Part shown: one piece after another, positions 1 to 7,464 of the stretch
How the letters are laid out: each line of letters opens with the position of its first letter
How positions within the stretch are numbered: the stretch's first letter is position 1
Source of the DNA: Prasinococcaceae sp. CCMP 1430
Taxonomy: Eukaryota; Plantae; Prasinodermophyta
Direction: 5' to 3'
DNA: 7,464 bases
Assembly: GCA_013416795.1 (NCBI GenBank)
Contig: RQSC01001146.1
Coordinates: 1 to 7,464, forward strand
Made by a program: the position numbers and the translations under genes
Notes under the pieces: model-generated
What the model was told of the DNA's origin: nothing
The model's input: only the letters and a program-made list of their open reading frames with translations
Databases searched by the model: none

Positions 1-12
1 CGGGGCGGCACT

Positions 13-45
13 CGCGCGCTGCGCGCGCGCGCGCGCGCGCGCGCG
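13..45. repeat. (GC)n alternating tract
   Basis: Near-perfect GC dinucleotide run. Similar shorter runs occur at about 2192-2214, 5036-5052 and 6420-6439. Confidence 0.85.
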
Positions 46-217
46 TTTGTGTTTGCGTTTGCGCACGCGCGCGCGCGCGTGTGATACAGTGCGCGTTTGT
101 GCGCGCACGCGCAGGTGCGCGCACGCGCACGTGCACACACACAGCCACGCTCACAGAAGAAGGAGGGAGAGGGAGAGGGGGGGGGCGGAGCGAGGCAGCG
201 CGAGCGCGAGCGCGGCG

Positions 218-1582
<1,365 letters not shown>

Positions 1583-1607
1583 GTGCGCGCGCGCGGGGGC
1601 CGGCGCC

Positions 1608-1609
<2 letters not shown>

Positions 1610-1662
<53 letters not shown>
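1610..1662. repeat. 53-nt poly-G homopolymer; possible assembly gap or artefact
   Basis: Uninterrupted G run 1610-1662, directly visible. It lies between a truncated ASCH exon and a truncated RING exon. Confidence 0.95.
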
Positions 1663-1664
<2 letters not shown>

Positions 1665-1839
1665 TGCACACACACACACACACCATACGCGCACGCACGC
1701 ACGCACGCAAGCGCGTAAGCATGCAAGCGCGCGCGCACGCATTCACACACTTGTACACACAGCAATGTGTGCGCTCACACGTCGCTTGCGCGCTCCGCGC
1801 GCGCGCAAACACAAACTTACACACACACACACACACACG

Positions 1840-1899
<60 letters not shown>

Positions 1900-1911
1900 C
1901 ACGCACACACT

Positions 1912-1943
<32 letters not shown>

Positions 1944-1970
1944 AACATGGACAAACATGCACATTCACAC
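1665..1970 (+). repeat. (CA)n microsatellite tract in the 3' part of the intron preceding the RING exon
   Basis: Long, near-pure CA run at about 1819-1938 with degenerate CA/GC flanks. Confidence 0.9.
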
Positions 1971-2017
1971 ACGTGCGCGCGGGCTCGGGCGCGCGCGCAC
2001 CCTGTTGGGTCCCGCAG

Positions 2018-2158
2018 GACTACGAGGACGGCGACGTGCTGCGCGTGCTGCCTGCGTGCGGCCACAGGTACCACGTGGAGTGCATCGACAAGTGGTGCCT
2101 CGCCGCCACCGACTTCTCGCGGCCGCCGGCGTGCCCGCTGTGCAACGCCGAGGTCTGA
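2018..2158 (+). CDS. Terminal exon of a RING-H2 (C3H2C3, ATL-like) zinc-finger E3 ligase; upstream exon(s) carrying the first CxxC not found
   Basis: Acceptor cccgcAG ends at 2017. The exon reads DYEDGDVLRVLPACGHRYHVECIDKWC...CPLCNAEV* and supplies RING-H2 ligands 3-8 (C-x-H-x2-H-x2-C...C-x2-C) plus the conserved Trp. TGA at 2156-2158. Confidence 0.8.
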   Translation, partial: DYEDGDVLRVLPACGHRYHVECIDKWCLAATDFSRPPACPLCNAEV

Positions 2159-2371
2159 TGCGCGATCGCACACACACGCACACACAGGCACGCGCGCGCG
2201 CGCGCGCGCGCGCGCACGCGCACACACCAGAACACGCACGTGCGCGCGCATGCGCGCGCGTGCGGGTGCGCGCGTGCCGTGCGCCGCGCGGGGAGGGCGC
2301 GCTCCCCTCATCTGTACATCACTGTATTTGATAGCGCGGACGCGGTGCGGCCGCGGCGCGCGTGTGTGTGC

Positions 2372-2402
<31 letters not shown>

Positions 2403-2511
2403 CACCTGTGTGCAAGTGCGTTTGTGCGCACGTGTCTGCACGTGTGCGTGTGTGTGTGTGCGCACGCGTGCACGGACTTGTGACGCGCGTGTGCACGCGC
2501 GCGCGCGCTCT

Positions 2512-3042
2512 TCACAGCTTCGCCGCGACCCCCTCCTTCTTGCCGCCCGACAGCCTCGCCAACACGGCGCCCAGCGCCCTCACGGTGCCCTCCTCGTTGA
2601 GGCCCGCCCAGCACGCCGCGGCCTCGGCGTCCACCTGCGCCCACCACGCGTCGGCGAGCGGCGCGCGCACGAAGCGCTTGGTCTCGGCGCGTGCTGCGGG
2701 CGACAGCCGCGCCTGTGCGTGTGTGTGTGTATGTGCGTGTTGGTGTGTGTGTGTGCGGGCGGACGCGTCGTCAGCGCTCGCTGTCTGAGACCTGCTGGCG
2801 CCTGCGCACGCGCACACGCGCGCAAGTACGCACACACGCATACACGCGCGCGCGCGCACCTGTTTCTCGGCCCACGCGCGCGCCGCCCCATCGAGCTCCT
2901 TTGAATCGTGCGGCACCACCTCGTCCACGAGGCCGAGCGCCGCCGCCTGCGCGTGTGCGATTGGAGGGGTCAGCATGTGCGCTTGCGGTCGCTCGCTCGT
3001 GCGCATACACACATACTGGAAATCACACACACATGCACACAT

Positions 3043-3101
<59 letters not shown>

Positions 3102-3208
3102 TACACATGCACATGCACATGCACACACATGCACACATGCACACATGCACACACACACGCACACATGCACATGCACACACATGCACACACACACACACAC
3201 ACACACAT

Positions 3209-3242
<34 letters not shown>

Positions 3243-4810
3243 GCACGCACGCACACACGCACACGCGCGCACCTCGGCCGTGGGCACCATCCTGCCGCCC
3301 AGGCAGAGCTCCTCGGCGGCGCGTTCGCCGACCACCTGCGCGAGACGGCGCACCCAAAAGCGCGGCACGGCAATGCCCAGCGCCACCTGCGAGCGTGTGT
3401 GTGTGCGCGCGCGCGCGTGTGTGTGTGTGGGAGGCACGTGCCGCGCGTGAGCACGCGAGAATCGCCTGGCCGTGCGCGCGCGCGCGTATGCGCATGTGTG
3501 CATGCGTGTGCGTATGCGCATGTGTGCGTGCGTGTGCGTGTGCGTGTGCGTGTGCGTGTGCGTGTGCGTGTGCGTGTGCGTGCGACGTGTGCGTGTGCGT
3601 GTGCGTGTGCGTGTGCGTGTGCGTGTGCGTGTGCGTGTGCCTGTGCCTGTGCGCGTGCGTGTGCGTGTGCGTGTGCGTCGTGTGCGTGTGCCTGTGCCTG
3701 TGCGTGTGCGTGTGCGTGTGCGTGTGCGTGTGCGTGTGCGTGTGCGTGTGCGTAGCGTGCGTGTGCGTGTGCGTGTGCGTGTGCGTGTGCGTGTGCGTGT
3801 GCGTGTGCGTGCGTTTGCAAACACACACGCGCGCGCGCGCACGCGCGCACCTCGTTGAGGCCTATGGCCGCCTTGGGCGCGTCCGCCATCACGCGGCGGT
3901 CGCAGCACAGCGCGAGCGCGCAGCCGCCCGCCGGGCAGTGCCCGCCGATCGCCGCCACCGTCGCCAGCGGCGAGCGCAGGAACGCCACCAGGCAGCCCGT
4001 CTGCGCGCGCCAGAATCTCCTGCGCGGCGGCGCGGGCGCGCACGCGTGTGTGTGATGATGCGTGTGTACGTGTCCGTTCGTGTGCGTGCGTGCGTGTGTG
4101 TGCGTGTGCGTGTGCGTGCGTGTGCGTGTGTGCGCGTAGACAGCGCGCGTGCAAGCGCACCATCGGCGCGCGCGGAGTAGCTCCGGTCAGCCCTGCGCGC
4201 GCACACACGCACACGCGCGCGCGATTGTGTACGCACGCACACACACGTATACACACGCACACACACGTACACACACGCGCGCTCTTTCTCTCGCGCGCGC
4301 CTTGCCTGTACCGCCCCTCTGAGGTCCTCGGCGCGTAGAGCTCGTTGATGTCGTTGCCCGCGGTGAAGAGCGGCCTGCGCAGGCCGCTCGCGACGACCAG
4401 CGCGCGTGTGCGCGGCATGTCCGCCTCGGCGGCGCGGAGGCCCGCGGAGAGCTGCTCCCACACCTGCGCGGGCGCAGGCGCGTGTGTGTTTGTGTAGGCA
4501 CGTCAGCGCGCGCGCATGCGTGTGTATGTATTTGTGTGTATGTGTGCGCATGTGTGTTTGTGTTTGTGTGCGTGCGCGCATGTGTGCGCGAGCGCACACG
4601 CCTGTGTGCGTGCGTGCGTGTGCTGTCTATGTCTGTGCGTGCGTGTTTGTGTGCGAGCAGGTGCGCGCGCGCGTGTGTGTGCGCGCGCATTCACACCTCG
4701 AGGCTCATCGAGTTCACCGGGGCGCGTGCGAGCGTCAGCGTCGCGACGGCTCCGCCGTCGTCGGCAGACACGGACACAAACTCGGACGAGTACAGCGTGC
4801 GCCCCGCCAT
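2512..4810 (-). CDS. ECI1: Delta3,delta2-enoyl-CoA isomerase (crotonase superfamily, ECI1/DCI type), 280 aa; complement(join(2512..2712,2860..2946,3273..3386,3851..4019,4306..4463,4697..4810))
   Basis: Six exons splice in frame: ...PVNSMSLE|VWEQL...FTAGNDINELY...GRYR|RFWRAQ...AAIGGHCPAGGCALALCCDRR...IGLNE|VALGIAVPRFW...PTAE|AAALGLVDEVV...EKQ|ARLSP...AAKL*. AGND (oxyanion loop), GxCPAGGC and GLNE (catalytic Glu) match ECI1-type isomerases. Four introns are GT-AG and one is GC-AG. Confidence 0.92.
3005..3270. repeat. (CA)n/(CATGCA) microsatellite in ECI intron 4 (TG-rich in the sense strand)
   Basis: Direct reading shows long CA runs interspersed with CATG. Confidence 0.9.
3525..3812. repeat. 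(GTGTGC)n hexamer tandem array in ECI intron 3
   Basis: Tens of GCGTGT units with a few variants, for example GTGCCTGTGCCTGT occurring twice. Confidence 0.9.
4301..4307 (-). other. Non-canonical GC 5' splice site (AG|GCAAG) of ECI intron 2
   Basis: AG|GCAAGG matches the GC-AG donor consensus and has the phase 2 needed to join ...GRY-R to RFWRAQ without an insertion. Confidence 0.75.
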
Positions 4811-5258
4811 CGCCGCGCCCGTGTCGGAGCGCGCGCCTGGCGGTGCTGTGTGGTGCGTGTGCGCGCGCGTGTGCGTGCGCGTGTGCGTGCGTGTGTGCGT
4901 GTGCGTGCGTGTGTGTGTTTTGGCGCGCGTTTTTTTGGTAGAGGATGGGGGAAGGGGGCCGAACGCGCGCTGGCGCCCGGCGGTGCTGTGTGGTGCGTGT
5001 GTGGTGTGTATGATGTGTGTGTATGTGTGTGTGTGCGCGCGCGCGCGCGCGCGTGTGTGTACAGGAGGGGGGGGGGAGAGGCGAAGGCGCGCCGGCGCGC
5101 AGATGTGGCACGCGGGCACACACACAGCCACAGCGCGTGAACAGCACGCCATGCACTGTATACGCACTCTCGGATTCTTGGTATCGCAGGTTTCGGTCGG
5201 CGGCGGTTTCGGGCCGCCTGCGCGCGGGCGCTGCTGCCGGCGGGCGGCGGCCGAGGCC
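4811..5258. promoter_or_regulatory. Divergent (candidate bidirectional) promoter/5'-UTR region between ECI1 and DUF1365
   Basis: 448 nt separate two head-to-head start codons. The region contains G/purine-rich tracts (about 4941-4958 and 5062-5080) and the direct repeat. No TSS can be identified from sequence alone. Confidence 0.55.
4833..5001. repeat. 29-bp direct repeat pair (4833-4861 and 4973-5001), 1 mismatch, 140-bp offset
   Basis: gcgcc(t/c)ggcggtgctgtgtggtgcgtgtg occurs twice in the divergent intergenic region. Confidence 0.85.
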
Positions 5259-6356
5259 ATGGCCAAGCAACAACTGGTGGTGGCACTCGCGGGAGAGCTC
5301 GGCGGGGACGGGGGCGGCGGGGGCGGGGGCGGGGGGGAGGCTCTCAAGCGGAGCGACGGATGCGCGTTCTACGAGGGCACCGTGTGGCACTCGCGGCGCG
5401 CGCCCGTGCGCAACGCCTTCTCGTACGCCCTGCGCACGTGCGTGGTGGACCTGTGCGCGCCGCCGGCGTGGTGGGGGCGCAGCGGGCAGGCGCGCAACCA
5501 CATGACCGCGGATGAGGCGCGCGCATTCGCGGGCGTGGGCGGCGACTGGGGCGTGAGCCTGCTGGTGACGCCGCTCTCCTACGGCTACGACCAGAATCCA
5601 CTGGCGGTGTATTACCTCGAGCCGCCCGAGGACGCGGTCGTGGGTGGGGGCGCGGCGCACTCATCATCACGTGACGCGCCAACAAACACAGCACAGACCA
5701 CAGGGCATACACGCGCGCGCACGGACGCGCCACTCGTGCGCATCGCCGAGGTGACGAACAACCCGTGGGGTGAGCGCGCGCGCTTCGTCTTCGACGGGCG
5801 CGGCGACACAGTGCGCAAGTGCCTGCACGTCAGCCCGCTGATGGACATGGAGTCCACGTGGACGCTGAGGGCGCCCGCGTACGGCGACGCGCTGTCCGTG
5901 TCGGTGGTGCTGGACCACCCCGAGTACGGCGAGCGCTTCTTCGTGGCCACACTCACCGCGCGGCGCAGCGCGCGGCCGTACACCCCGAACGAGCGCCTGC
6001 CGCTGTGGGAGTACCTGCGCTACGCCGCGGCGCCGCAGCGCGTCTTCGCGCAGATCTATTGGCAGGCCGCGGTGCTGCTGTGGAAGGGGCTGCCATTCCT
6101 GGACAATCCGCCCATCAGGGCGTACTCGGGACGCTTCAAGGAGGCAATGGAAAGGAGGCAAGAGGAAAGGGCTGGAGCAGGCATGGCCAACGGCAGCGCG
6201 GCGGCAGTGTGCCCCGTGGCGAGCAAGAAGGACGGCGGTGGCCGCCGCGTCGCCGCGGGCCTGTGCCCTCGCGCGTACGAGTGGCGCGCGGCCGAAAGCT
6301 ACCCGTGGTGCGCGGAGGCCGACCACGGGCTGGTCGTGCGCGCCAACGCTCCGTAG
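5259..6356 (+). CDS. DUF1365 family protein (plant/green-algal type), about 365 aa; alternative upstream in-frame ATG at 5151
   Basis: Recognised DUF1365 motifs: YEGTVWHSRRAPVRNAFSY, GYDQNPLAVYY, IAEVTNNPWGER, LHVSPLMDM and IYWQAAVLLWKG, plus a plant-like C-terminal WR...YPW. gccATGg context at 5259 and TAG at 6354-6356. No obligatory intron. Confidence 0.88.
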   Translation: MAKQQLVVALAGELGGDGGGGGGGGGEALKRSDGCAFYEGTVWHSRRAPVRNAFSYALRTCVVDLCAPPAWWGRSGQARNHMTADEARAFAGVGGDWGVSLLVTPLSYGYDQNPLAVYYLEPPEDAVVGGGAAHSSSRDAPTNTAQTTGHTRARTDAPLVRIAEVTNNPWGERARFVFDGRGDTVRKCLHVSPLMDMESTWTLRAPAYGDALSVSVVLDHPEYGERFFVATLTARRSARPYTPNERLPLWEYLRYAAAPQRVFAQIYWQAAVLLWKGLPFLDNPPIRAYSGRFKEAMERRQEERAGAGMANGSAAAVCPVASKKDGGGRRVAAGLCPRAYEWRAAESYPWCAEADHGLVVRANAP

Positions 6357-6485
6357 CCATCGGCGAGCGCGCGTAATCGTGACTGTGATGGGTGGTGGAC
6401 ATTGAGTTCGATGGGCACACGCGCGCGCGCGCGCGCGCGTCGTGCTGCCATGCTGTTTGCATTACGTGGACTCAATGCGCACCGT

Positions 6486-7464
6486 TCATGCATCCATCCC
6501 CATCTCGCGCTTTAGACGATCCTTCGCCCTCTTGGTCAAGACCATGCCTAAGCGTCCCGTGTGTCAGTGGCCGCAACACGAGCGCAGCCTTGCGCACACA
6601 TGCGCGCACGCGCACACGCGCGTCGCACCTGTCGCCCCGCCGACCGCGCCGCTGCCCCTACTGCGATTGACACCCGCACGCACGAAGCCCACCTATGCGA
6701 GCGGCAAGGCGGCGTGGTGCGCCGGCGCGTCAGGTGTGCGCGCGCGTACGCGCACGCGCGCATGCACACACACAAACGAACCAAACATACGAACATGCAC
6801 AAGCGCACGCACCTTCTCGTACATGCGCACCGCCCCCGGCTCGCTGTACAATGCGATACAGCTCACACCATCCTCGGCGAGTGCCACGCCCAGCCGCTCG
6901 ACGAGTGCGCGCCCAATTCCCAGCCGCTGCCACGCGGGAGCCACAGCCACGTCCCACATGCAGCCGCACAGCGCGCCGTCGGTGGTGGCACGCGCGAAGC
7001 CCAGCAGCGTCCCGGCGGGCGTGCCGCGCGAGTCCCGTACCGCCCGAGCGCACAGAACGCGCACTTCGGCGGGCGGGGTCGAGACCACGCCGTTCCCGCT
7101 GGTCCCCGCATCCCCCTCGTCGGCACCCTCCGTACCGCCTTCCGCGCCGCACACGCTGCCATTTAGGCCGAGGCCGCGTTCGATGCGCGCGGGCTCGCGC
7201 CGCGCGAAGCCCACGCTGTCGAAGAGGTCATTGAGCTCTTGTGCTCGCACGCTCTCCGCCCCCCACGTGAACTCCACGTTGCGCATGCGCATGTCCTCGT
7301 CGCTCACGCTCACGCTCGGTGGGGGCACGGCACCACCCTCGACGTCCTCGGCCGCGCGCGCAAGGCACAGCGACGTGAGCCCGTCGCTGTCCCCTCCCCC
7401 GCCCCCTCCGCCACCGAACGGCAGCCATCCGGCCGCGCGCGCGCCCGCGCGCGCGTGGCGCGCG
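6486..7464 (-). CDS. GNAT N-acetyltransferase, plastid GNAT1/SNAT2-like (Ycf52/NSI-related); 5'-partial; complement(join(6486..6547,6629..6692,6813..>7464))
   Basis: Motifs SVSDED...ELNDLFDSVGFARR, LLGFARATTDG, WDVAVAPAWQRLGIGRALVERL (acetyl-CoA-binding Q/RxxGxG) and IALYSEP. Splicing gives MYEK|VGF...GGAT|GMVLTKRAKDRLKREMGMDA*. The frame is open to the window edge with Arg/Ala/Gly-rich, transit-peptide-like sequence. Confidence 0.87.

Noticed and set aside
1610-1662. Poly-Gly coding tract or functional G-quadruplex
   Set aside because: It falls after a consensus donor (1583) and a perfect 53-G run is more plausibly technical. It is treated as a possible gap.
2291-2306. Small hairpin gggag...ctccc as a terminator
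   Set aside because: A 5-bp stem is expected by chance at this GC content, and intrinsic terminators are not relevant to eukaryotic Pol II genes.
3525-3812. Regular repeat array resembling a CRISPR or telomeric array
   Set aside because: It is a simple hexamer tandem repeat with no unique spacers, lies inside an intron, has no cas genes nearby, and is not a telomere motif.
4503-6326. Long antisense ORFs opposite DUF1365 and other exons
   Set aside because: These are typical shadow ORFs of GC3-rich coding sequence, with no recognisable motifs.

Overview
Gene-dense, very GC-rich eukaryotic nuclear DNA, most likely from a green alga. This is inferred from plant-type DUF1365 and plastid GNAT homologues and from CTGAC branch motifs. 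Spliceosomal introns are filled with (TG)n, (CA)n and (GC)n microsatellites, so most long ORFs in the track (HTHT/VCVC/RARA runs) are read-through of stop-free repeats. Manual splicing gives five coding units. (1) A + strand hydrophobic-N-terminus/ASCH-domain gene (218-1582) that breaks off before a 53-nt poly-G run. (2) An orphan RING-H2 terminal exon (2018-2158) lacking its first CxxC. (3) A complete 6-exon, 280-aa ECI1-type delta3,delta2-enoyl-CoA isomerase on the - strand (4810-2512), with a GC-AG intron and a C-terminal AKL (PTS1). (4) A head-to-head DUF1365 gene (5259-6356). (5) A convergent, 5'-partial plastid-type GNAT acetyltransferase (>7464-6486). The most distinctive signal is the intron architecture: TG repeats, then a single CTGAC, then an AG-free CA-repeat spacer up to about 215 nt long, then the acceptor, with no polypyrimidine tract.
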